Assembly (NCBI RefSeq): GCF_004010195.1
Contig: NC_057760.1
Location: 1,864,776 to 1,925,418, forward strand
Reading direction: 5' to 3'
Length of the DNA stretch: 60,643 bases
From: Chiloscyllium plagiosum
Lineage: Eukaryota
Part shown: positions 11,761-23,370 of the stretch, one piece after another
Position numbering within the stretch: the first letter of the stretch is position 1
How the letters are laid out: each line of letters opens with the position of its first letter
The notes under the pieces: generated by a model
Databases searched by the model: none
Told to the model about the DNA's origin: nothing
The model's input: the letters and a program-made list of their open reading frames with translations, nothing else
Program-made: the position numbers and the translations under genes

Positions 11761-12118
11761 CTCCTCAAGGACTTTTCATTTTTTAACATATTTTGAGGCA
11801 CCTCAAAATCCACATCATTTGGATTTGATTCCTCACTCTGCGGGGCAGTAACTAACACCTGTTTCTCCATTTCTTTCTCTCTTCGAGTTCTCTGGAGGGG
11901 ACCTACACATTCATTTATAACCCACATGAAAAAGTACTTTGTTTGTGTACCTTAGCCTGAGTCTTTTGTACCCCTCAGTGACCTCCTGCAGGTAGTATGT
12001 CCTGTAACACCTCCTGTCTATGCTAACGGCAACACAATCTGGTACACTTCGGCCCATTTCTCCTCTGCACTAACCTGCCGTGGTCTCCATTTCCACCTTA
12101 GGATTCTATCCTTCAGAT

Positions 12119-12329
12119 ATGATTTGGAGATGCCGGTGTTGGACTGGGGTGTACAAAGTTAAAAATCACACAACACCATGTTATAGTCCAACAGGTTTAA
12201 TTGGAAGCACTAGCTTTCGGAGTGACGCTCCTTTATCCACCTGATGATGGAGTGCCGCTCTGAAAGCTAGTGTGCTTCCATTTAAACCTGTTGGACTATA
12301 ACCTGGTGTTGTGTGATTTTTAACTTTGT
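12119..12329. mobile_element. Foldback Penelope-end mini-element (second family) inserted in the Gypsy pol
   Basis: About 70-bp inverted arms at 12153-12222 and 12258-12329. The same terminus ends the Penelope copies at 16857 and 19460. Confidence 0.75.
12238..12272 (+). ncRNA. Minimal type I hammerhead ribozyme motif
   Basis: cac-CTGATGA-t-GGAG-tgccg-CTCT-GAAA-GCTA-gtg gives the conserved core, helix II, a palindromic AGCT mini helix III and a cac/gtg helix I. Confidence 0.7.
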
Positions 12330-12659
12330 CCATTCTTCAGACAATAACCCTCAGTAACATTTTTTGACTCCTTTTCAGTGAATCCATCCACACATATATA
12401 TCTTTTATCATCTTGTCTTTCTGTTGCAAGTCCCTTAGCCTTTCAGGACTAAACACTTCTGTCTGACCCTCTGCCTGTTCAGGATTTTCCTGCACCATTA
12501 CATCAAACAGGTTGTCTGCTGACTAAACCTCAATTCCTTAATCTTTCTGTTTAGTTTCTGTTTGGTGCTGTGACTTGTGACTGTGGGATCTGGTTACTAC
12601 ACAGTTTGGGAAAATACTAGGATATTTTTCTTTTAACTCCTCAGTTTCTTGGTCTTATT

Positions 12660-13004
12660 AGACTTTTTTCTTCGAATCCCTACAGTGTGAAAACAGGCCC
12701 CTTGGCCCAACAAGTCCACACTGACCCTCGGAAGAGTATTCCACCCAAACCCATTCCCCAACATTTACCCCTGACTAATGCACCGAACCCACATATCCCT
12801 GAACACTATGGGCAATTTAGCATGGCCAATTCACCTACTTTGCACATCTTTTGGATTGTGGGAGGAAACCGGAGCATCCAGAGGAAACCCACGCAGACAC
12901 AAGGAGAATGTGCAAACTCCACACAGTCACCCAAGGCTGGAATTGAACCCTGGTCCCTGGCGCTGTGAGGCAGCAGTGCTAACCACTGTTCCATTGTGCC
13001 ACCC
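12660..13004 (-). mobile_element. HE1-type tRNA-derived V-SINE
   Basis: Reverse complement shows A/B-box-like motifs (cagtggttagcactgctgcctcacagc, ggttcaattcc) and the V-domain gtgtggagtttgcacattctcc...ggtttcctccc. Confidence 0.9.
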
Positions 13005-13019
13005 AAGAAAAAAACTAAA

Positions 13020-14652
13020 GGTTTTCCTTGGGCTTCTCCACAACAAAGGGTGTTACTCCCACCTTGGATCCTGCTAAATGATTCCTAAGAACAAACTGGA
13101 TTCCTGGAACTGACACTTTTACTTCCCCAGTCCAGAGTTGGCACTCCGATCTGATCTTACACAGGTGAACGTCACATTTCTGTCCATCTTTCCACAAATG
13201 ACCACACTCTCGGGTAACATGTCAGAAAGAGTGCAAATACATTCATCTCTTACTATTAGTGACCGATTAGATCCTGTATCTCTCAAAATTATAACTTCTT
13301 GACCTTCTCCCCTTGTTCTTTCTAAGTAAACTTTACCCACAGCGGTGAATTCTTCATAGAGGTCAGGCATTAACTCCATACTCAGCCCCTGCCTAGGCTG
13401 GGCACACTCCTTTGGATCCTCGACTGTTTTTGGGGTTTCCTTTACTACTTTCACTAATGGCACTGCCTTAGCTTCTTTTACCACATCTTTTCCCACAGCC
13501 TTTCTTTAATGACCAGCACTGTGACTTTACGTGCCCCACCTTATCACAGTGGAAACACCTAAGGCATTTCACCTCCATTCCACCCTCTGGGGCTTCGTTT
13601 TTATCCTGTGGTAAACGATTACGAGTGTGTTTTACTCTTTCTTTTGTAGTGTAGGATCTCCCCTTCTTCCAATTTCTATCCCTCACAGGATGGAATTCTT
13701 GCCGGAAGCTGAAGTTTGCCTGATGCACCAATGTGTATTCATCTGCCATCTGTGCTACTGTTCTCACTTCTTGAACTTTCTGTTCATCCACATGAATCCT
13801 TACCATCTCTGGGAGTGAGTATTTAAACTCCTCCAGCAGAATAATCTCTCTTACAGCCTCATAGGTCTTACCTATTTTTAAGGCCTGCACCCGCAGCTAT
13901 CAAAATGGCTATGTTTAATTCTTTCAAACTCAACGTAAGTCTGACCTGGTTCCTCTTTTATGTTTCTGAACTGCTGTCTATATGCTTCTGGTACCAACTG
14001 ATAAGCACTTAAAATAGTCTTTTTGACATCTCCATAATCTCTTAACCCCTCATCTGACAACACTGCAAATACCTCACGAGCTCTGTCTACCAGTTTAGTC
14101 AGAACTAGCATTACCCACAAGTTCTCTGACCACTCCATCTGCCTAGCCAATGTTTCAAATGAAATAAAGAAGACTTCAACATCTTTCTCATCAAAATGCA
14201 GCAATGTTTTAACATAATTGTACACATCATCACCTTCTCCCTTCATCATCATCCTGTTAACTTGACTTTCCTGACTAACTCACAACTTCTTAAGTTGAAA
14301 TTCTCTCTCCCTTTCTCTCTCTGTTTTTCCTCTCTCTCTGCTCAGCTAAGAACCTTCTCTCTTTTTTTCCTCTCTCTCTTTTTCTCCTCTCATGGCTCTT
14401 CTTTCCTTTATCTTCTAACTCCATTTGCCTCAATTGCAATTAAAGTTTGTCTAACTCTACTGCACTTGTCTGTTTCTCTGATACACCTAAGTGCCTGACT
14501 AATTTCAGCTTTCCTTTTGTCCCTGGTTAAACCCATTCTAACCTATCTGCTAATTCTAAAAGTATGCCCTTCCTCTGTCTTTCTAAACTTTCCTGGCAAA
14601 TTTGGGAAGCATCTTCAAACCCCAGAACCTCTTCAGCAATGTTAAAAGCCAT
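13020..14652 (-). pseudogene. Gypsy gag and protease coding remnant
   Basis: ORFs 13878-14252, 13468-13890 (CX2CX4HX4C knuckle) and 13119-13496 (LRDTGS). Confidence 0.9.
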
Positions 14653-14824
14653 TTCTCTCACTTTGAATATAACCAACCACAAGTAAAGAAATTAAACAAA
14701 TTGTCTTTTATTTAAAGATCTGGGACACTAATCGGCAAGTGTTTAAACCTACTGGGATCTTTTGTACCTTAAATCTGTTCAAATCTCAGATTAAATCTGT
14801 CTAAACCTGTCCAAATCTATCCAA

Positions 14825-14843
14825 ATCCCAGAACCGAGCCCCA
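14825..14843 (-). promoter_or_regulatory. Primer-binding site, tRNA-Pro-like
   Basis: TGGGGCTCGGTTCTGGGAT lies 3 nt after the 5' LTR CA and resembles the tRNA-Pro PBS TGGGGGCTCGTCCGGGAT. Confidence 0.75.
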
Positions 14844-14846
14844 AAT

Positions 14847-15578
14847 TGTTACAACATGGTGGTGAACCCTTCTGTTAATTCAACCAAACACCCAGAAAAG
14901 CTCACCTCACCTCACCTCATGATATGTTAAAATATGAGGGTCAGAGAAGTCCCCAAATTCCACTATTTAAAGAAAGTAACATCAATTTTTTTTAAACTCT
15001 AAAAGTGAACATTAAAAGAATATTCACAACTCTAAGCCTCTCTTTCTCTTAACTGCTTATTCTCTGCCTCCAACGCTATAACAATATACTGTTCCAACAA
15101 AACACTTGTTAAAATTACATCAGCTTAATTTCAAAACCGTACAGCCACTGTCATCGTCGGTGTCTGTCTTCTTCCAGCTGAAGATCTCCCTGGGTTGTCT
15201 TCTTTCTTTTACTGTGAATATGTTTGATATTCACAGTACCTTTGATTGAGAGTAATTCCTAATTTCTTGAATCTGTTTTGATGGCAGTTGCTCTGTCATT
15301 TTTCTATCCCCAACTTCGGATTGTCACATTGGTTCAATGTTGGCAAAACAATAAATTCAAACTCAATTGGGTTTTAGTATCCTGAGGCATAATTCAAACT
15401 GATTGATTAAATTCAAATTGTTGTCAAAACAGCAACAAAACTCTGGTATCCCTTTCACAGCTGTGTGTTACATACTTTCAGTTTTCCAGTACCTCTGAGA
15501 CTGCTCTTGTTAGCTCTCAGTGCAGAATAGCATTCATTCTCTATTAAAGGTACAGTACACGCTTTCAACTTCATAACA
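14847..15578 (-). repeat. 5' LTR of the Gypsy element
   Basis: TGTTA...TAACA termini; homologous to, but clearly diverged from, 9486-10412. Confidence 0.85.
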
Positions 15579-15832
15579 TTAGACAAACTGCCAAAAATAA
15601 AACCGAATCAAACCAGAGAAAAGCTGAGCTGGGGGAACTGGCCATTCCCCTTTCATTGCACAAGTGGTTTTTTTAAACTTGTTAGCCTTTTACCTGAGGC
15701 AGTATCTGTTGCCTATCCAAACTGGCCCTGAAACCCATCCTAGCCAGACGTTTAGGAATTGCTGCTTTCATGACCTCTCTGAAAAGAAAAGCCAAGGACA
15801 ACAGAACCTTGTTAAAGGAGCAGCATCGTCAC
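15579..15832. mobile_element. Fragment of a probable different LTR
   Basis: Ends in aaaggagcagcatcgtcac, which reads as a (T)GTGACG-type terminus on the minus strand. It lies between the Gypsy LTR and a CR1 tail. Confidence 0.4.
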
Positions 15833-16152
15833 TCGATAGAGGTCGACAAGAGATGAGAGGCAGAGACAGAGTGGATAGCTAGAGACTTTTACCCAGGGCT
15901 ATCATGAAGGGACATAATTTTAAGGTGATTGGAGGAAGTTTCAGGGGAAATGTCAGAGGTAAGTTCTTTGCACAGAAAGTGGTGGGCGTGTGGAATGCAC
16001 TGCCAGCAGTGATTGTAGAGTCTGACAGATTAGGGACATGGGATGCTAGTAAAATGTAGGGTACATAGGTTAGTTTTATCTTGGAAAGAAGGCTGCCACA
16101 ACGTCAAGGGCCAAAGGGCCTGTACCGTGTTGTACTGCTCTATGTTCCATGC
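15833..16152 (+). mobile_element. CR1-clade LINE 3' end
   Basis: gggacataattttaagg...tggaatgcactgccag...gggcctgtaccgtgttgtactgctctatgttccatg, homologous to 22350-22700. Confidence 0.85.
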
Positions 16153-16580
16153 AATGACACAGTGATATCAACAAGTTTCATCCCAACATCAGACATAACA
16201 TGGACTCCTCTTTAGTATCTGTCTCATTCTTGGAAACATTCATCTCCATCAAGAACGGGCACCTCATTACCTCACTCTACCGCAAACCCATGGATAATCT
16301 CACAATGCTGCACTTCTCTATATTAGAACAGCCATCCCCTACGGACAAGCCCTACACATACACAGCATCTGTTCAGATGAGGGAGAATGCGACAGACACC
16401 TGAAGGTGCAGAAGGACACCCTCATAAGGACCGAGTACAATGCTCAACTCATCCATCGTCAGTTCTGAGATGCCACAGCGAGAAAGTGTATTGACCTCCT
16501 CAGGAGACAGACATGGGATACGACCAATAGGGTACCCTTCGATGTCCAGTTCTTCATGGGAGCGGAGAAACTACATCATG

Positions 16581-16664
16581 TCGATTGGGTTGGGATATCT
16601 GGTCGGTATGGACGGGTTGGACCAAAGGGTCTGTATCCATGCTTTACATCTCTATGACTCTATG
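16581..16664 (+). mobile_element. Short CR1 3' tail inserted in the Penelope element
   Basis: gattgggttgggatatctggtcgg...ctctatgactctatg matches the tails at 4200-4285 and 34445-34518. Confidence 0.85.
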
Positions 16665-16909
16665 TTCTTCGCAGCCTGCAATACATTATCAATGAGGACG
16701 AGCACCTCACCAAACCTTCTCTACGCCTTCAATTCTCACCTTCAAACAACCGCCAACCTTAAACCGACCACCGTTCGCAGCAAACTGCCCAGCCTTCAGG
16801 ACAACATTGACCACAACACCGTATAACCCTGTCACGGCAACCACTGCAAGATGTACAAAGTTAACGATCACACAACACCAGGTTATATTCCAACAGGTTT
16901 ATTTGGAAG

Positions 16910-16944
16910 CACTAGCTTTCAGAGTGCTGTTCCTTCATCAGGTG
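16910..16944 (-). ncRNA. Minimal hammerhead ribozyme motif in the Penelope 3' terminus
   Basis: Reverse complement cac-CTGATGA-a-GGA-acagcac-TCT-GAAA-GCTA-gtg; helix II is weakened. Confidence 0.6.
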
Positions 16945-17234
16945 GTTGTGGAGGACACAATTGTAAGACACAGAAATTATGGGAAAAGTTTACAGTATGA
17001 TGCAACTGAAATTATACATTGAAAAAGACCTTGATTTCTTGATTGTTTGTTAAGTCTCCCATCTGTTAGAGTGACCATGTCAGTTTCACTTCTTTCACAT
17101 GTAAGTCGCGAAACTTGTTAAAAAAGTTACATTCTCAGGTGAACTTTAACTACTGGTGTCAGCCTAGATAATGCGATGAAGGTGTTAGCCCCCTGTGTAA
17201 TGTTGTCTGTGCGATAATGTTTAGACTGATTCTA

Positions 17235-17542
17235 GCAGCATGGTGGCACAGTGGTTAGCAATGCTGCCTCGCAGCGCCAGAGACCCGGGATCAATTCCCG
17301 CCTCAGGCGACTGACTGTGTGGAGTTTGCACATTCTCCCCGTGTCTGCGTGGGTTTCCTCCGGGTGCTCCGGTTTCCTCCCACAGTCCAAAGATGTGCAG
17401 GTTAGATGAATTGGCCATGTTAAATTGTCCGTAGTGTTAGGTAAGGGGTAAATGTAGGGGTATGGGTGGTTTGCGCTTCGGCGGGTCGGTGTGGACTTGT
17501 TGGGCCGAAGGGCCTGTTTCCACACTGTAAAGTAATCTAATA
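17235..17542 (+). mobile_element. HE1-type V-SINE
   Basis: tggcacagtggttagc (A box), ggatcaattccc (B box), the V-domain, and a CR1-like 3' end gggcctgtttccacactgt. Confidence 0.92.
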
Positions 17543-18591
17543 CGTAGTAGCAGTAATCCAAGTGTTCTATTTAGAACATAGAACATAGAACAGTTCAGCG
17601 GGGGGGGGGGGGGGAGGTTGTGAGTGTCTGTGTGAGAGAGAGTGTATGTGTATGTGTGTAAATGTAAAGGGTCTAAGTCTGTGAGAGGGTGCATGTGAGA
17701 GTGTGGAAGTATGTGTGTCTGTTGGAGTGAGTGAGTGAGTGAGTGAGTGAGTGAGTGTGTGTGTGTAGTGCATGGTGGTCACCTGTAATGTGAGGGCATC
17801 CCTGTGGGTACCAAACTTAGCTATCAGCCTCTGCTCGGCCACTTTTCACTGCTGCCTGTCCCAAAGTCCGCATTGGAGGATGGTCACCCGAAGGTCTGGG
17901 GTCGAATGTCCCAGACTGCTGAAGTGTTCTCCAAATAGACGGGAACACTCCTGGCTGGTGATTATTGTGTGGTGCACATTCATCTGTTGCAGTAGCCCCT
18001 GCTCAGTTGCACCAATGTACCATCCCTCAGAGCATCCTTGCCTGCAGGGTATGTGATATACAATGTTGGCTGAGTCACCTGTAGTGTCACGTGAAGCCAA
18101 GGTCCCAATTAAGGCCATAGGTGAAAGTGGGTACTGCACATGGGAGGTGTCCCCACACATAAAGGTGGTATCCATGTCGACACTCTGACACGTATTGCAG
18201 CACCTACCGTGACAGGGTTGTCTCCAAATCATGACTGCAAGACGTGTCAGAGTATCGACATGGATACCACCATTACATGTGGGGATACCACCCACCATGT
18301 ACACAGGTATTCATGTGACTCAGCCAACATTGTATATTTCATACCCTGCGGGCAAGGATGCCCTGAGGGATGGTACATTGGTGAGACCAAACAGATGCTA
18401 CGACAATGTAATAATCGCCAGACAGGAGTGTTCCCTCCCAGTCAGGGGAACACTTCAGCAGGTGGGGACATTTGGCCTTGGACCTTCGGGTGACCATCCT
18501 CCAAGGTGGACTTCAGGATAGGCAACAATGCAGAGTGGCTGAGCAGAGGCTGATAGCCAAGTTCAGTACCCATGGGGATGGTCTTAACTGG

Positions 18592-18775
18592 AGTCAAGAT
18601 TAGAGTGGTGCTGGAAAAGAACAGCAGGTCAGGCAGCATCCAAGGAGCAGGAAAACTGATGTTTCGGGCAGGAGCCTTCATCACCTCCTCGGATGCTGCC
18701 TGACCTGCTGTGCTTTTCCAGCACCACTCTAATCTTGACTCTAATCTCTAGCATCTGCTGTACCCACTTTCGCCT
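18592..18775. mobile_element. Foldback Penelope-end mini-element
   Basis: Inverted arms agtcaagattagagtggtgctggaaaag / cttttccagcaccactctaatcttgact and a 14-bp TSD atggYcttaactgg (18578-18591, 18776-18789). The hammerhead core is decayed. Confidence 0.75.
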
Positions 18776-19476
18776 ATGGCCTTAACTGGGACTTTGGCTT
18801 CATGTGACACTACAGGTGATCCCATTGTACTACACAATCTCTCTCACACACACGCGAGCACACACACACTCTCACTCTCACGTACACACACACACAAACA
18901 CACTCTCGCCGCTTCCCCCACAACACACACACACACAAACACTCTCTCTCTATCTCTCTCTTCCCCCTTCACCCACACACACACACTCGCACTCTCAGAT
19001 GCGCACACACTCACACATAAATAAGTCAATGGGGCAAATTTGCATTTACAGAATAGTATTTGCAGATACATTCTATTTTGTTCAAAAAACACATTTGTAG
19101 GCACTCACTCCTAGTTTGGAAATAAAACTAGTCAGGGTTGAAATACAGGCAGTCTCTAACCTCACACCTTTAATGCATTGCCTGAGCTGAGATGTCACTT
19201 TTCTTGGGAATATGACTTGAAAGAAATTCTGGCATTTACATATTAATGAATCAAAACCTGTATCCTCAATTTAAAAGACTAAAGATTTAACAGCATTCTT
19301 GGTTTGTTCAATATTTCTCATCAGTTGTATGACACTAATCATTTGCTATAAATTCTGTGTCCTGTCCCACTAGCTACCTGTCAAAAGAGCAGCGCTCCGA
19401 AAGCTTGTACTTCCAAATAAACCTGTTGGACTATAAACTGGTGTTGTGAGACTTTTAACCATTTTTTTTGACTTAC

Positions 19477-19752
19477 CTGTTGATTGATGAAACTTTCAAA
19501 CTCTTTCAGTTTCTTCTGCCTCAGTTTCTCGATTGCGGAGGTGAATGTATTCCCGTGTGATATGCAGAAGTTCTCAATCATCTCATTCAGATGTTCCTTC
19601 AATTGAGTGACCTTCTTCTCACTCTCCCCCTCACTCAGCAACAGATGTGACTGGAAATCCCTGATCAGCTCACAGGCCTTTTTATCCAGACACTTCCTCA
19701 TCGATGCTGGAGTGGTCTTCAGTATCACCATGATATCCTCATTACCCCGATG
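19477..19752 (-). CDS. Internal coding exon, copy 4 (92 codons) of the helical module
   Basis: Acceptor atttcAG, donor CAG|GTAAGT (acttac at 19471-19476), 276 nt open and nearly identical to copy 1. Confidence 0.75.
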
Positions 19753-19792
19753 CTGAAATCAACACACACGGATTAGCTTAGACCTCTTTATT

Positions 19793-20140
19793 AAACACGC
19801 CCAGGGACAGAGACAGCACGGGGTTAGATACAGAGTAAAGCTCCCTCTACACTGTCCCTCCATCATACACTCCCAGGGACAGGGACAGCACGGGGTTAGA
19901 TACAGAGTAAAGCTCCCTCTACACTGTCCCTCCATCATACACTCCCAGGGACAGGGACAGCACAGAGTTAGATACAGAGTAAAGCTGCCTCTACACTGTC
20001 CCCCGCCATCCCAGGGATAAGGACAGCACAGGGTTAGATACAGAGTAAAGCATTCCTCTACAGTGTCACCCATCAAACACTCCCAGGGACAGGGACAGCA
20101 CGGTCTTAGACACAGAGTAAAGCTCCCTCTACACTGTCCC
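19793..20140 (-). repeat. 72-bp-family minisatellite
   Basis: Tandem units. Confidence 0.95.
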
Positions 20141-20535
20141 ATAGAACATAGAATAATACAGCACCGAACACGCCCTTTGGCCCACGATGTTGTGCTGAAC
20201 ATTTGTCCTAGCTTGAGCACCCATCCATGTACCTATCCAATTGCCGCTTAAAGGTCACCAAAGATTCTGACTCTACCACTCCCACAGGCAGCGCTTTCCA
20301 TGCCCCCACCACTCTCTGGGTAAAGAACCCATCCCTGACATCTCCCCTATACCTTCCACCCTTCACCTTAAATTTATGTCCCCCTGTAACACTCTGTTGT
20401 ACCCGGGGAAAAAGTTTCTGACTGTCTACTCTATCTGTTCCCCTGATCATCTTATAAACCTCTATCAAGTCACCCCTCATCCTTCGCCGTTCCAACGAGA
20501 AAAGGCCGAGCACTCTCAACCTATCCTCGTACGAT
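20141..20535 (-). mobile_element. CR1-clade LINE 3' end
   Basis: Open frame SYEDRLRVLGLFSLERRRMRGDLIEVYK...FKRQLDRYMD and a (ttctatg)n tail. Confidence 0.93.
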
Positions 20536-21416
20536 AGGGACAGCACGGGGTTAGATACAGAGTCAAGCTCTCTCTACACTATTCCCCATCAACCACTCCA
20601 AGGACAGAGACAGCAAAGGGCTATATACAGAGTGAAGCTCCCTCCACACTGTCCACCCCATCAGACACGACCAGGATAGGGACAGTATGGGATTAGATTC
20701 AGAGTAAACCTCCCTCGGCACTGTCCCCAAATCAAACACTCCGAGGATGTGGACAGCACAGGGTCAGACACAGAGTAAAGCTCCCTCGACACAGGGCCCC
20801 ATCAAAACCTCCAAGGACAGGGACAGCAGGGGTTAGGTACAGAGTAATCCCTCCTCTGCACTGTCCCCCATTCCAGGGAGAGCAGGGAGTTAGAGACAGA
20901 GTAAAGCTCCCTCTATACTGTAGATCCCAGCAAACACGCCCAGGAAAGGGACATCACAGGGCTAGGTACAGAGTAAAACTTCTTCTACACTGTTCCCCAT
21001 CAAACACTCCCAGAGACAGCACGGGGTTAGATACAGAGTAAAGGTCCCTCTACACTGTCCCCCCATCAAACACTCCCAGGGACAGGGACAGCACGGGGTT
21101 AGATACAGAGTAAAGNNNNNNNNNNNNNNGGACAGGGACAGCACAGGGTTAGATACAGAGTAAAGCTTCCCCTACACTGTCCCCCCCATCAAACACCCCC
21201 AGGACAGGGACAGCACGGGGTTAGATACAGAATAAAGCTCCCTCTACACTGTTCCCCCATCAAACACTCCCAGGACAGGGACAGCACGGGCTTAGATACA
21301 GAGTAAAGCTCCCTCTACACTGTCCCCCATCAAACACTCCCAGGGACAGGGTCAGCACGGAGTTAGATACAGAGTAAAGCTCCCTCTACACTATCCCCAT
21401 CAAATACTCCAGGACA
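20536..21416 (-). repeat. 72-bp-family minisatellite containing a 14-N gap at 21116-21129
   Basis: Tandem units. Confidence 0.93.
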
Positions 21417-22702
21417 GAATTCCGAGAGACAGGATTTATGATTATTATGAAAACCTTAGCTTGATTAGCATGGCTTTGTGTGGGGCAGGTCATGGCTCAC
21501 AAAACGTATTGAATTCTTTGAGGATGTGACAAAACACCTTGATGAAGGTGGAGCAGTGGATGTGTGCATGGATTTTAACAAGCTGTTTAATGAGGTTCCC
21601 CACAGTAGGCTCATTCAGAATGTAAGGAGACATGGGATACAGGGAACTTTGGCTATCTGGATACAGAATTGACTGGCCGTTTGAAGACAGAGGGTGGTGG
21701 TAGATGGAAAGTATTCAGCCTGGAGCTCATGATCAGTGGTGTTCTGCAGGAATCTGGTCTGGGACGTCTGCTCTTTGTGATTTTTATAAATGAGTTGGAT
21801 GAGGAAGTGGAAGGGTGAGTTACCAAGTTTGCTGATGACACGAAGATTGGTGGAGTTGTGGATAGTGTTACAGGTTGCAACGGGACATTGACAGGATGCA
21901 GAGCTGGGCTGCGAAGTAGCAGATGGAGTTCAGTCTGGAAAAGTGTGAAGTGATTCAGTTTGGAAGGTTGAATTTGAATGCAGATGACAGGGTTAAAGCA
22001 GGATTCTTGGCAGGGTGGAGGAACAGATGTATCTTGGGATCCAAGTCCATTGATCCCTCAAAGTTGCCACCCAAGTTGATAGAGTTATTAAGAAGTCATA
22101 TGGTGCATTGGCTTTCATTAGCAGGGGTACTAGATTATAGAGTGGTGAGGTTATGCTGCAGCTCTATAGAGCCATCTTTGGGTCACACTTGGAATATTGT
22201 GTTCAGTTCTGGTTGCCTCATTATAGGAAGGATGTGGAAGCTTTAGAGAGAGTGCAGAGGAGATTTACCAGGAAGCTGCTGGGACTGGAGGGCATGCCTT
22301 ATGAAGAAAGGTTGACAGAGCTACGGATTTTTTTCACTGGAGTGGAGAAGGATCAGAGGTGACTTGATAGAGGTGTGCAAGATGATTAGAAACACAGATA
22401 GAGTGAATAGCCAGAGACTTTTCCCAGGGCAGAAATGGCAAACGTGAGGGGGCATAATTTTAAGGTGATTGAGGGAAGGTTGAGCACAGATGTCAGAGGG
22501 AAGTTCTTTACATAGCGGATGGTGGGTGTGTGGAATGCACTGCCAGTAGTGGGATAGAGTCAGATACACCAGGGACATTTAAGCGACTCTTGGGTCGGCA
22601 CATGGAAGATAGTATGTAGGTTAGTTTGATCCTAGAGCAGAATAAAAGTTCGGCACAACATCAGGAGTCAAAGGGCCTGTACTGTGCTGTACTGCTCCAT
22701 GT
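21417..22702 (+). mobile_element. 5'-truncated CR1-clade LINE (RT domain to 3' tail), degenerate
   Basis: MDFNKLFNEVPH, KFADDTKIGG, HLEYCVQFWLPHYRKDVEALERVQRRFTR, then a tail gggcctgtactgtgctgtactgctccatgttc. Confidence 0.93.
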
Positions 22703-23370
22703 TCCAGGACAGGGACAGCACGAGGTTAGATACAGAGTAAAGCTCTCTCTACACTGTCCCCCCATCAAACACTCCCAGGGACAGGGACAGCACGGAGTTA
22801 GATACAGAGTAAAGCCCCCTCTACACTGTCTCCTCATCAAACACTCCCAGGGACAGGGACAGCACGGGGTTAGATACAGAGTAAAGCTTCCTCTACACTG
22901 TCCCCTCTCCCATCCCAGGGACAGGGACAGCACGGGGTTAGATACAGAGCAAAGTTTACTCTACACTGTCTCCTCATCAAACACTCCCAGGGACAGGGAC
23001 AGCATGGGGTTAGATACAGAGTAAAGCTGCCTCTACACTGTCCCACCAGCTCAGGGACAGGGACAGCACGGGGTTAGATACAGAGTAAGGCTTCTCTACA
23101 CTGTCCCCTCACCAAACATTCCCAGGGACAGGGACAGCACGGGGTTAGATACAGAGTAAGGCTTCTCTACACTGTCCCCTCACCAAACATTCCCAGTGAC
23201 AGGGACAGCACGGGGTTAGATACAGAGTAAAGCTTCCTCTACACTGTCCCCCCATCAAACACTCCCAGGGACAGGGACAGCACGGGGTTAGATACAGAGT
23301 AAAGCTCCCTCTACAGTTTTGAACCGAAAGTAAAGCTCTCCCTACACTGCATCCATCAAATATTCCCTGG
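22703..23370 (-). repeat. 72-bp-family minisatellite
   Basis: Tandem units. Confidence 0.95.

Larger units (their letters stand above)
9486..15578 (-). mobile_element. Ty3/Gypsy LTR retrotransposon with Gmr1-like order (gag-PR-INT-RT-RNaseH), degenerate, integrase core deleted
   Basis: Two TG...CA LTRs, a PBS and a PPT. Gag carries CFHCDKVGHVKSQC; protease ILRDTGS; integrase N-terminal remnant near 11940-12115; RT FCVDYRKVN, KLDLLHGYWQV, VHLDDVV; RNase H remnant PVGYFSKKL...YSTIEK. Confidence 0.92.
16857..18221 (-). mobile_element. Inverted second Penelope copy (GIY-YIG region plus 3' terminus)
   Basis: Minus-strand DSANIVYHIPCRQGCSEGWYIGATEQGLLQQMNVH...FGEHFS and MAEQRLIAKFGTH. The 3' region is homologous to 18800-19460 in reverse. 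Confidence 0.85.
16165..19460 (+). mobile_element. Penelope-like element (RT C-terminus plus GIY-YIG endonuclease plus 3' terminus), interrupted by nested insertions
   Basis: RT remnant VSFLETFISIKNGHLITSLYRKPMD...LHFS at 16200-16320 and GIY-YIG motif CDSANIVYFIPCGQGCPEGWYIGETKQMLRQ near 18310-18410. The 3' end at 19378-19460 carries a decayed hammerhead. Confidence 0.88.

Noticed and set aside
17235..17310. tRNA genes at SINE heads
   Set aside because: The A/B boxes run directly into the V-SINE body; these are SINEs rather than complete tRNA cloverleafs.
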